This document shows, piece after piece, positions 36,378 through 48,400 of a stretch of DNA of 64,000 bases. The position numbers and the translations under genes are program-made. The notes beneath the pieces are model-generated. The model saw only the letters and a list, made by a program, of their open reading frames with translations. It ran no database searches and was not told where the DNA came from. Source of the stretch: Oopsacas minuta (taxonomy: Eukaryota > Animalia > Porifera); NCBI GenBank assembly GCA_024704765.1, contig JAKMXF010000358.1:1-64000 (forward strand), written 5' to 3'. Numbering within the stretch: the first letter of the stretch is position 1; the number at the start of each line of letters is the position of its first letter.

Positions 36378-37799
36378 TTTACGTTAAAATTTATTTCAGT
36401 TTACATTTTCACATCTTACGTTATATATTTATGTGAATTCTTATACCTATAGCTAGCTCCCTTTTGATTGGTGCAGATGCTAATATATCTTCATAAAAAT
36501 AGAGATTTTCATTTTGTGCGATTAACCCCTTATAACTATTAATTTGTATCACACATTAGCGGTCGCAACTGTCCGAGTTTGTCGGCCCGGTCCTGGTCCG
36601 GCCGACGTATACCTACAACATGGTTTAGAATAGTTTCTAAATTGAATGAAAATTGATGAAACAGATTGTACAGTCAGAAACTGTGATTGAATGCAAATTT
36701 CACTGAAGATGAATTTAATTAATATAAGGAAAGTTGTTTCAAAATTCAATGGCTGATTTATTCGGAACCCTAAAGTACAGGCCCGAAGCGCTGACCTGCC
36801 CGATCTACCAGACTGCCACACATTATATCAGATAATTATTTTATTAGATTGAATATATCAAACTTCTTAGTTAAACTAACATAAATTCCATTTTAACCTT
36901 TTTAATATTATTATTCAGTTGACAATCTTCTAATGTAATTATAATGCTCTCACAAGACTTGAGTACTTTTAACCTTTTTAACATTATCATTAGTCCTCTC
37001 ATATCTATTGGCTTCAATATAATGTATTAAAGTATTGAATTCTACAGCGTAATAGTGTACTATTGTGTAACAAAACTCTACCATTACGTAATATAAATAA
37101 ATATACACAACGTATTTATTCGTAATCGTATATGTATGAGGTTATTTATGTTGTTTATTATTTTACCACTAATATACAGTTGGGACATTCAAATGTTCTC
37201 CTAAATACCTGTCAATTCAACTCATACTAGTTTTAATTGCTATAATGATTATCGCTACCAATAGAATATTTGATAGTTAAAATTAGAAAGGAATATTTGT
37301 GACGAGGAACAAAAATACAAAGAAACTTTTTCGAAAAATGCAGAACATTCAACTTACTATTCTTCTCTGCGGGATGTTGAAGGATTTCTCCTTATGTATT
37401 CCATTATGAATATAGTTTTATTTATTCGCTTACTAGATTGGAATAATCATTATGTTTAACAGAGATTATCGCTTCATTAATCACTAATTTACTGGTGGTT
37501 TTCTTGTAATAAACATGATATTACTTGTATTATATTTCATTGGGGACCCTCATTAGATTCATTTATATCAATTATATGGATAAACGGCAGTAAAGTTATT
37601 TGACAGTTATTTATTTTCCGATTGGAACTAGAATTTTGAGTTCTCAGACGATTACTGAGATATGCTTATGAGACTATTACAATATGCCTCAGTATTGCTG
37701 ATGTATATCTTAAGTGGTGGCTATATAATCTCTTGTGGCGATTGAATCAATTCATTATTTCATATATAAATATCTATTCGATATAATTCAAAATGCACA

Positions 37800-38503
37800 A
37801 TGCATCATCAACTCAATCTCTCAGATATTAACCAGCTCATAACCTGTCCATTATGTCAAGGCTATATTATTGATGCTACTACGATTAGCGAGTGTCTACA
37901 CGCTTTTTGTAAAAGTTGTATCGTCAAATTCCTAGAGAGCAATTTCCACTGTCCAGTTTGTAAATCCATCATCCACTCAGCTGAACCCACACGTTACCTC
38001 CTCCATGATCCGTCATTACAAGATATCGTATACAAATTAGTACCAGACCTATACCGCAACGAGTGTAAGCGGGTACAGATATTTTGTGAAGAGAATGAAA
38101 TTGAGATTTCCTCTCAAGATACTTTGCCTCTTCTCTCGCCAATGGATTTACCGAAATTGTGAAATCATACAATTCTAGAGTTAACACAGATCACAGATAT
38201 GACCAGCAGGTTGGAATGTGCTTGGAATATGAACCTATGTCTACAAAATCTCGATCTACCAAACATGTCTGCTACAATCTGAAGAAGAAATACGTGTGTT
38301 GCTCTTGTAAAGCTACAGTCTCACAAGTTAAAACTTTTATCCTGACTAAACTTGATCTTCCAGAGGATACAGAAATTGTTTTGTTTTGTGAAACAGAAGA
38401 GTTGGTAGAGGCTAGTTTATCTTTGGAAGAGATTTGTTTCACTCGCTGGCGCTATAGAGTTATTCCTCTCATGCTTAGCTATCGACTTCCTAATGCAGAA
38501 TAG
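37800..38503 (+). CDS. PCGF3: Polycomb group RING finger (PCGF3/5-like), intronless, one 1-nt frameshift
   Basis: RING ITCPLCQGYIIDATTISECLHAFCKSC and LQDIVYKLVP; RAWUL domain in the -1 frame (HRYDQQVGMCLE...RWRYRVIPLMLSYR); shift lies within 38105-38159. Confidence 0.85.
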
Positions 38504-39222
38504 TTTTTCTATTGTCTTTAGTATGCTGTTAATGATTAATTATTTTTCATATTTACAGATATATTTTCACATTTACCTTGGGCCGTTACGAACGTATATA
38601 TATATTTCTGGTTTGACTCCATAATTGTGTAATCGACTCCTCTTAATTAGGATATCTTAAGGAGAGTTTGTTATAAATAGAGTTATCGAATATATTGTAG
38701 TTATATACGTGAATTCTATGGATTGATTTACTTGGGAAAAGATGCGTTTTGCTCCACCTTTTCACTTTGCATTGTAAGATCCTGTCTGCTATCTAAAGAG
38801 CTATCTTAAATGAATGTAGACTGTCTATTTGTAAACTGTCTTTAAATTCTCATAGAACCTAATACAACATTTTGTATACCGAGATAACCCATGTGAATAG
38901 TTTGGGGATTGTTTTAACTATGTCCGGGAAAAGACCTGGTCAACACTATACAAGTAGTTGGTTTACAAAAAATAAACAGTCTACATATAAGATTATAGTT
39001 ATTTGATGTAATATTTAATCCAAAATTATCTTTCTGCCATATCTATAACAAATAACAGAGAGAGATTACTGTAAGAACTGTAATAATCTGGTCAGAATTA
39101 TTCAATTACGCACCTATTACACATAAATATATATATATCATTTATACTATACACTAAGAATCTAACTCTTAGCCCAATTCTATATTAACTTTATTTAGTA
39201 TCTTTACATGTGTTTGATCTGT

Positions 39223-40701
39223 TTATACTAATTTTCCTTTACATCCCTGTCCACTGCAATCGGGAAAAGGAAACTTATCCGGAACTATATTAACCTGTGA
39301 AGTTACTTGGAACAGATCAATCCTTTCCTTTATTTGTAATCCATAGCTCGCCTCTATAAAACACCCGCTCCATCCTACCGTAGGCTGATTTATTTCTCCC
39401 ATATACGTGTATGAATTATTTCCTTGAGTTCCTGTAACTTTCCCTTCCTTCCAGAATATTAGTTGTGGTGTGGGGCTATTTGGATCAGGCCCAGCTAGAA
39501 GTCTGAAGTCTCTTTTTATATTATCTTGTAAAGTGGTTGCATGCCAGAATCTAACTCGAATCGGTTGAACATCCGAAGTGAAATAAACTCTGGCTAGATT
39601 GTTTTTATTATCAAATCTCCAACTAACTTCAGGCAGTTTATAGTTGTTAACCACACTCAGCATGAAACTACCTACATCCATCATAGTTCCTAACAAATGT
39701 CCTACCATTGAATGCTCAGCATTTGGTAACATCTTCAGATACTTAGGTCCAGGTAATTTATCCCAAAAGTATAAATTATCATCTGGCATCATGAATTCGT
39801 CTCCGCAGGTGTTGATTAGCAGAATAGAAATGTTATCACGTTTATAGCGGTCTATATACGAGTATGGATCTACGATTGCTAATAATTCATCGAATACAGC
39901 AGAATCAAGTTCTGTAGTGACTCCCACTTCAAAATAGTCCTTAAATGCAAAAGTCCACCCATCATACGCTCTGTACATGTGATGTAAGATCGGTTTAAGA
40001 TTAATAACGTCCAGTACAAGTGGTGTTATAGCTATTATTCTCGTGTCTACTAAGGCAGCAGTCCATGTTGTCCAACCTCGTTTCGATGCTCCTGCAACCC
40101 CGAATCTACTGATAGTTAATCCCTTATACTTTCTAACAACTTCAACAATCGTATCTAGAGCTCTCACAACTGCTTTGGTCATAGGTAGTCTAGCTAGATA
40201 CTCAGGTTCACTAGAATTGAGGACGAAATGTTTCCAGGTATAAGCGATCATAGCATCTTCTGTCCGTCTCTTCTTAATCGGATCCTCACTGAATGTAATT
40301 GGTTGGTTTGGAATCTGTTTCAGAGTCGCTGTAATTAGCTTTGTATATAATGCAAGCTCCAAAGTCATCTTTACTTCTTCGTCTTTCTCGGTTGGTGGTT
40401 CGTCTCCATTATGCCCTGAACCTATGTACAGAGTTGCGAAATCTTCCGTGTCAATAACATCTGGTACTGTAATTACCATGTAATGGAACCAAACTGACTG
40501 ACTAACTAATTTAGGATTAAGCCAAGTTTGTGACGTCATATTCAAATAATATTGTGTGTATCCTTTAACATTATTTACTGTATTTAATACTTTGTAAGTA
40601 TACGAATCATCCTTTTTGTTAACATAGTCGTCAAGTGGAGTGCATTTTATCGCGGAAAATGCAATTGAATGCACAAATAATACTATGAATAGAAATTTCA
40701 T
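39223..40701 (-). CDS. Secreted AprA / PhoPQ-activated PqaA-family alpha/beta-hydrolase-like protein, 492 aa
   Basis: Signal peptide; LDDYV, LNMTSQTW, RRTEDAMIAYTW, RLPMTKA, GASKRGWTTW, DEFMMPDD and PNAEH family motifs. Confidence 0.85.
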   Translation of the reverse strand: MKFLFIVLFVHSIAFSAIKCTPLDDYVNKKDDSYTYKVLNTVNNVKGYTQYYLNMTSQTWLNPKLVSQSVWFHYMVITVPDVIDTEDFATLYIGSGHNGDEPPTEKDEEVKMTLELALYTKLITATLKQIPNQPITFSEDPIKKRRTEDAMIAYTWKHFVLNSSEPEYLARLPMTKAVVRALDTIVEVVRKYKGLTISRFGVAGASKRGWTTWTAALVDTRIIAITPLVLDVINLKPILHHMYRAYDGWTFAFKDYFEVGVTTELDSAVFDELLAIVDPYSYIDRYKRDNISILLINTCGDEFMMPDDNLYFWDKLPGPKYLKMLPNAEHSMVGHLLGTMMDVGSFMLSVVNNYKLPEVSWRFDNKNNLARVYFTSDVQPIRVRFWHATTLQDNIKRDFRLLAGPDPNSPTPQLIFWKEGKVTGTQGNNSYTYMGEINQPTVGWSGCFIEASYGLQIKERIDLFQVTSQVNIVPDKFPFPDCSGQGCKGKLV

Positions 40702-41118
40702 TTTCTTAGATATTAACTTGATATTTTAATTCTTTATATTATACAACTTTGCCTAACATGATCAGGTGCACTAACAGGATATCATGTAGCTATTTAGTTA
40801 CCTATTTATGCATTATCTATTTCTATAGCAATCCGATACATGTCAGTAGATTTTGTCATATACTTCTTTTACCTTGTGCCTCCACTCCCAAGTGCAGATA
40901 TTAAATAATTATTTATTTGAATATCTATGAGTAGTACCATTACCAGGTTTCGGTAGTGGGGCCATCCTATACCTGGTTTTATTTAGTGAACTTCTAGAAA
41001 TATTTCCACTATGTTACAAATTGTCTTGTAGTGGCTTCATACTTCTTATTAAGAGAACTTGACGGGAAAATGTATGATTTTATGACGTCAAAAAGTTGCT
41101 AAAATCTCGTTTTAGTGC

Positions 41119-41891
41119 AGGAAGTGGTAACATTTTAGTGTTCCTTTTATCACGAACGTAACACTTTGGCTATAATCGGTTATAGTAGAGTGATTTTGAA
41201 TATTGGTGTGTCGTGAAGCAGTCATTTTAGGCCGCATTCTGCTGAGTTGCCATAGCAAAGAGAGTCTCTGGCCATGCTGGGCTGTTTTAACTGAGAAAGT
41301 TTCGCCCTCTCAGTTTGAAGGAAATTGCTTCCCAAGTGAAAATTATGAAGTAACTCATAGGTATATCTATTTATTCGAAATAATTGTACATTGAAATTCA
41401 TCCATTTTGCAATTCAGAAACTAAAATTAATAGCAATTTTTGATATTTGATGTAAAATCTTAGTTAGGCCAAAATTGATGACTTAAATTCAAATTAAAAT
41501 ACAGACAGTATTCAAACCTGAGTTTTTGAAATTGAATCTATCAATGAGCCCAGTTTCAGGGACAAATATCAAAAATAAATATCTGGTAAATATAAATACA
41601 ATGAAAATATAATTTTGGCTAATTTCTATGGAAAAAAAGAGAATAAGTCCCAGCCGATTTTTAGGTAAATTCGAGCAGAGGCCGATTTCATTTAAAATTT
41701 CTTTGGAAAAACATAGCAGAGACTTCGTCTCTGCATTTTCTATTAACCAAAACTGCCGGGAAAATGTGTGATTTCACTACATCTAAAAGGTGATAAAATA
41801 TCGTTTTTGGTGCGGGAATTGGTTATAACGAAGTGGTAAAATTTGTGTATTCCTTTTCATTACGAACGTAACACTCAGCGGTAATCAGTTA
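41119..41891. repeat. ~65-bp imperfect direct repeats (41119-41182 and 41829-41891)
   Basis: gaagtggtaa...ttccttt...acgaacgtaacact...taatc(g/a)gtta at both sites. Confidence 0.6.
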
Positions 41892-42196
41892 ATAATCAGG
41901 GCACTACTTGTTTCTTATTCATGATTTTTAAGAATTGGGCCGGTGATAGCATTTTATTTTTAATTTTAATAGTTACGAGCACGCTTCATTTGCTCGCGCT
42001 CCGATGTGTTAGTGCCTCGAATTCATCATCTATAAATAGCAATATTTATGAAATAATTATCAAATATCTTTAATGTGGGAAACTTGAACATACGAAATTC
42101 ATACCTAACCTGATATATTTATGTAAATACTTTGTAAATTTCAATGGTTAGTAACAGTGATCAAATATCAGCTCGACTAAAATTGGTGCTCGCTAT

Positions 42197-42490
42197 TAGG
42201 GCATTAGTCGATCACCAAATTATTCACTTTCAGGATCATTTTCCAATCACATTTCTGAATTTCATAAGCACTTCCAATAGGGTGAGGCTCTATTACATGC
42301 ATCCGCACCCCCCTGCGGCCATGCGAAGTCTACCAATCCGATTGCCATAAAAATTACTACATACATTTTGATTCACATTTTTTGGTCTAGATTCGCCAAT
42401 TTCAAATTCTGTCTTAATTAACGATCGAAAGTTTTTCGGGAAAAATGATCAGCGTTCATCCTCAGTCGTCAAAACGGTACTAATGCCCTA
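42197..42490 (+). mobile_element. Non-autonomous hAT-like element, copy 1
   Basis: TIR TAGGGCATTAGT; degenerate 8-bp TSD ctcgctat/ctcccaat. Confidence 0.75.
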
Positions 42491-42508
42491 CTCCCAATTA
42501 TCTAAATA

Positions 42509-42679
42509 CAGTCGAACCTGCATAAACCGATCCATGTTGGGAATGAAAATTTTGTCGGATTAGGAAATTTCGGATTTGCAAGCGAATTTGTATTTCTGAA
42601 TTTATTTCAGATCCAGAATACAACGGGGTTATAGAGGTCTCCTGCATTATACAGTTGTCGGTCTATGCAGATTCCACTG
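42509..42679. mobile_element. Tigger/pogo-like MITE
   Basis: CAGTCGAACCTGCATAAACC / GGTCTATGCAGATTCCACTG imperfect TIRs, TA/TA flanks. Confidence 0.75.
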
Positions 42680-42825
42680 TACATTCAAAATTAAAGACCC
42701 AAATGGCTCATATGAACTCATGTTTATGAAGGCATTGAATATAGGTATAGCAATCGTGGACGATGAGTATCATAGTTACGCCTGTAATTACATGTGGGAA
42801 AATATATTAAAATGATATAGGCATA

Positions 42826-43143
42826 TAGGGCATTAGTATTTTGTGCGATAATTGATCGCACGATCACGATCGTGATCTATTTTTGAAGATCGCGATCATT
42901 TCCCGAAAATTTTACATCGTTTTAGGCAGACAGAATTGCGAATCTAGGTCCTAAATGTATATCAAAATGTATGTACAAATTTTCGTGGCAATCGGACTGG
43001 TATATTTCGCATGGCCGCGCGCGGACGGACGCACGTAATAGAGCATCTCCCTATAAGAGGTGCTTATAATTTCAGAAAAGTGATCGGAAAAATTATCATG
43101 AACGTGATCGCGATCATCAATTTGGTGATCGACTAATGCCCTA
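42826..43143 (-). mobile_element. Non-autonomous hAT-like element, copy 2 (inverted relative to copy 1)
   Basis: Same TAGGGCATTAGT TIR; body is the reverse complement of 42197-42490 with divergence. Confidence 0.75.
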
Positions 43144-43146
43144 CCA

Positions 43147-43214
43147 CAGCGGTTCCCAACCTTTTTCACCCGTGGACCACCAAGGGTCCATGGACCCCAG
43201 GTTGGGAACCGCTG
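43147..43214. mobile_element. 68-bp hAT (Charlie/MER5-like) MITE
   Basis: Perfect 15-bp TIR CAGCGGTTCCCAACC and perfect 8-bp TSD ccctacca (43139-43146 and 43215-43222). Confidence 0.92.
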
Positions 43215-43647
43215 CCCTACCATCTGCAAATATTCATTATCCATCTTTTCAGCTCTGCGTTACTTTCAAGGTGAGCTAGGTTATAGACTTGCAACGAAAT
43301 ACTGAGGGACCTTGGTTCATTTCGTGAAGTGTGGTGTTCGTTTTTGCGGAGGAATATATTTTGATTGACTGCTTGTAAACTAACATTTTGCTTATTCATA
43401 GCCTGCATATGTATTATCACTTTTTGCACTTTGGACTATTTTGTAATACAATGAAAATGGTATTGTCTTACTTTGCTTACTACCCGTCCCCTCTGTAGCA
43501 TTGCGTAACGTTTAAAGTTTGAAGTTCAAATAATACTTCATTTATAAGCGGAATTTCTGCTATCCGTTATATGATACTATAATGCAATTATAAATAATTA
43601 TAAATAATTATATTATCAGTTTATTACTCTCTTATTAAATTTATTAA

Positions 43648-45373
43648 ATGAGTTATTCACATAATAGTGGATATATGAACCGTCCATACTCCCCTGGTCC
43701 TGAGAGCCCATCAGTACATCCTGTTCAACCCTCAATACAATTGGGACTAACAAATAATAATAACAATCACTCTGTGCTTGACAACACAGACCCACAAAAA
43801 CTTGAACTCTTAGAAGCGATCATGAAAGGAATGCCTGCTCATCAGGATAGCAACCCTACATCCACAACACAGGCATATTCCAATATTCAGCCTGTATATC
43901 CTCCTATCCTTTCACAGGGCTCACAGAATGAGCATAGTTCGTCTCAGCATAGCAACAGCTCTGGAATAAGATTTAGTCAAGGTACAGACTTCCGTATACT
44001 AAAATTATAGTATGAATTATCGTCAGTGGCGGCGCACAATTAAGTCACAGTTGGGGTATACTTACATTAATGAGGTGGGACACATGCCCCACCTGGCTAC
44101 ACCCTTGTGCCGCCTCTGACTATCTTTAAGCCCACTGTAAATATAATGCTGTTTCGGCTCACATGGAATCCATCTAAGCATGAGGTCGGGCGGTATTTCA
44201 TTATCACTAGCGGGTACCTGTGATTTATCATACTTCCGTCTTAGGTGTAAATTTTCGTCCAGGACTCGAACTTGTCCTTGCCAGGCCAATATACCCCTGT
44301 GTTCAAAATCAGTCCTGGCTCTTCCAGTTTCTATAATCAATTATGGATATAATAACATGCATTATTAGTATACATAACCAGATTAATCGCTTTTTAATAG
44401 TTTTATCTCTTCTTATGTTTTCACATATTTTGAATTAGACTGCTGGTGTCATAAGATGTAGAATAATCTAATTTTATTAAGATCAGGGCAAATTTTGGTT
44501 GATTCAATGAGTCAACAAAAACAGATAATCGGATTTCCAATCCAGATCCATGGTATATTGTTATTTACATTCTTGGTACATTGTAGAAATGTGAATACAA
44601 ACCATTATTAAACCATGGTTTCCATATGTCTGTATGGAAACTATTGAATTTGAAATTTTGAAACCTAAGATAATTCTGATTTCTCAAGCAAATTCTGATC
44701 ACGAGTTTAGATAATAACCATGAATGAATTGCTGTATTCATTCTAATGTTTTTGCGAAAATAATTCGATGCAACAATATTCAATTACTTTTTACTGTGAA
44801 TCATTCGTTGTTTTTGAGCAATAAGTACAAATAATATACATTTCGTATATTCTGAATAAGCAGGGTAGAGTCTTAAGAGATGACATACCAGGGCCATTTG
44901 TGGTTAATTTTAAACGATCTACCTATACCATGTTTATGTAACTCTAATATACAATTACGTCATAAATTGTTAAATTTCGTCTAATACTCGAACTATCCCC
45001 GCCAAACTACTAGTAATCTTTCGTATGCCAAATATTAGTCTTTATTTGGGAGCCTTACAGTTTCTTCAATCAAATTTGTTTACAAATTATGTATACACGA
45101 ATGTTTATTGTTTTAATTCTATTCATTGGGTTCTCCTACTTCTCTTATTAATTGTCCACAAGTGGACAATGAGGTCTGAAGTGAACAATTAGAGAAGACT
45201 TAATGTGTATACATAGTACTCGTATTTCTGGCAGGTGGATGATTAGAGAATCTGGACAATTAGATTTACCCCCACTATAGTTAGAGGGGCGGATGGATCC
45301 TAATCCAATCCGTAATCCATCTAGTCCCTCTGTCTATTGTATAGGTTAATTATCTGTGTATGTATGTCACACG

Positions 45374-45404
<31 letters not shown>

Positions 45405-48400
45405 GTTGTCTAATTCCTATAGGAGATGACATAGTGATATTGTCACAGAGTCAAAACTCTATCAATACATCACATGATGTTACCCCAGCCCCTAGCAACA
45501 CTAGTTTCAAATCAACTCGAAAACGAAAATATTCAGACTCAGATACTCCCGGGTCTCCCTCCCAATCCTACACCACACCAAAATCAAGGGCCTCCGGTAG
45601 TGCTCCCCCGATCAGTTCTTACTTTCAATCATTGAAGATACAGAAGCAGCAAGATCCACCTAGCTCCCCTTCCATTCAGTCTTCTCCCACCTTCACTCTC
45701 TCTGTTAACGAGTTTGTACAGACAGACTTGGGATTGGATGGATTGAAAGAGCTCGAGGAGCTCAGGACTAAGAATTCTGAGCTGTCTCAATCACTAGCTC
45801 ACTCTAATCACCTGTTAGAGAGTAGAGAAAGAGAATTTGCTGTGTTACAGGGCCGTATAGACAAGTGCTACGTAGTTATGAAGGAGCTGTTGCTAGAAAA
45901 ATGCAGACGAGAGAAAGAACAAGCAATGGCCAGAAGTCTAGCCAACAGGATTAGGCTAGGTACATTCTCTACTGAGAGACAGGGAGCACACTTTGTGGGT
46001 GAGTGAAACATGTGAATTCTAGCACCAAATCGTATTACCCATCAAATATAGCCACTTCCTTTATCCCTGGTCTAAAGTAGTGATCAGGCCTTATCTAACT
46101 TTCTCAAATGAATCATTAATTCATCTTGAAATTCTCTCCTGTTCATGTTCACACCTTTAAAAATTACACGCAATATTTGCCATTTCTAATGTGTACATAT
46201 TCACACCTTTTAGGTGATTACGTAATCATATTTTCATACATTTCTATATAAAATTCATTAGCATGCTAGAGATTAGGTTTAAACATGTTATCTCGGGCTT
46301 AACAGACATATAGGGGTGACCAAGTATACTGAATCAGGTGGCCTAAGGTAAAATCACGTCGGTACTGATGGTGATTTGAGATTTTTCTTTGCTACTTAGT
46401 AAATGGATTATTTTGTAGAATTATATAGTTTCAAACTTTCAATGATCGACTGTAATACAAATAGTGTTTCACGTTGGTACAGACTGTAATTTGATTTTCT
46501 TTTACTATTTTTTTGCAAGAAATTAGTAAGAATAAAGCGTTGGAGAATGTTTGTAAATCCCACATTCTTTACCATCTGAGCATGCCAAGTAAGAAAACAC
46601 AGTTTCGGCTGTACTTTTATTAGACCATTCTAGCCGTTAGGAGCAAGTCTCTACGCGTGTTTCAAGGTTTCAATTATTTGTTTATTTATATTCATCAATA
46701 CAACAATACATTTACATATGATTAATTATATTAAAAGTGTGAAAATCGGATTCAGCATATTCGATATATTTATAATAGTTTTGTGAATTTTGTTTATTTT
46801 CTTAGTAACACCGATAAATGAGAAATCTTAGAATTGTTAGATTTTAGTTCAATATAGCATTCAATAAATCCTTTCCTTAACAACAAACAAACGGATGGAC
46901 GGAGAATTAAAATAGCAATTCAATACTATAGATTCTATTGGTCATGTAATATGGTATTATGATTATTTTCATAGAGACTTGGGTAGAAGGTAGTGCGTTC
47001 CAGGAGCTGAACAAGAAAAGCAATAACTTGGTTTGTCAGAAGGAAGAGTTGGAGAAACAGAAGAAGCTTTTAACTAAGAAGAAATCTGCTTCTATAGTCA
47101 AAACTACTAAAATGAGTTCTGATACAGAATTTCAAATTCCGAACAGACCACTAATAGATCTAGATGAGGTAAATTGATGTAAATAATACTGAACTTGTCC
47201 ATTGTCTATACTATACCTCATTCATGATATCAAATGTTTTAAAACATCATAACAAATATTTATATTTTAAGCTAAACCTATTAACGGAATTCAACCCTAC
47301 GGTGCCAATATGCAAATTATCTGTGCATAATACAGATCAGTTCCAGGCAATTTGTTCCCGATTAGCGGGGAATTTCAATTTTTGAGGCTATACCAGCTTT
47401 TCTCTATTCTTTTCAGTTACAGACCCCCTAAAGCACTTGAACCACTATATGGTGCAGCTATTCCGACAAAAATATGTACAAGCTTTGAAATTTGTGGATT
47501 GTTTGGTGCCTTCCGTGAAACATTTTTGAGACTAAAGACTAGTAAATAGAAAAATCTGACCCGATTAAGCGGAAATTTGTCCCTATTTAACGAATTTTGT
47601 CGGTCTGGCTAGCGTATTAGAATTTGCTCCGATCCAGTAAAATTTCTTCATGATGAGCCGCTAACTTTTTACTCGATTACCTATATCAGCGGAGTTTGTC
47701 ACAATTAAGGGGTTTTCCGTGATTCAACTTACTCAAGATAAATATACATTATTTCACAATTTATTTAACTAACATTCGTTCATTTACTTCGAACAAATAT
47801 TCGAATATTCGGTTTACCATATTTCCTTTAATAGTCGCCGAGGTAATTATGAATTTCTAGTCCCGTCAGGACTGAAGTTACGATCTTTGTAAACACGTTA
47901 ATTTCTGTATAATCATACCAATGAGAATCTGTCATGTGTATTTATCCAAACCAACAGTAAATATACTAATATTCTGCGGAGGATTTGTTTCTTGTAGGTG
48001 TTTATGAAATTTTAGGGCCCCTCAGGGGACTACTATTCAAGGAAACACGTTATTCGTTTTAGCTCCATTAATTCTCGTTTTTTACTAAAACAGCTTTGGT
48101 CAGTAAACGGAACAAATATTTAGGATTATCCATAGTTTCCTTTTTGGCACTACTAGTTACCCTCAAACCTACCACTTACCTGTATACACAGAACCTTGAT
48201 TCTTTTTATCACCATTCGCACATATTTCTATAGCACTTTTCATCCTAAGATGACTTCAATATGTAAGATTTATTTTAGCTAAATTCACAGCCTATTCATG
48301 GTATTTAACCATGTATTAGTTCAAGCTATGAAGTTGGGGACATGCACATGTCAGAATTTACTGTTCTTATCTTGTCAGAATGGATATTTTAGAGTTCTGC

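Noticed and set aside
25572-38162. NTGA stop/start overlaps (25572, 26165, 38159) as bacterial-style translational coupling
   Set aside because: An artefact of an ORF caller allowing TTG/GTG starts; the pieces are domains of single eukaryotic proteins
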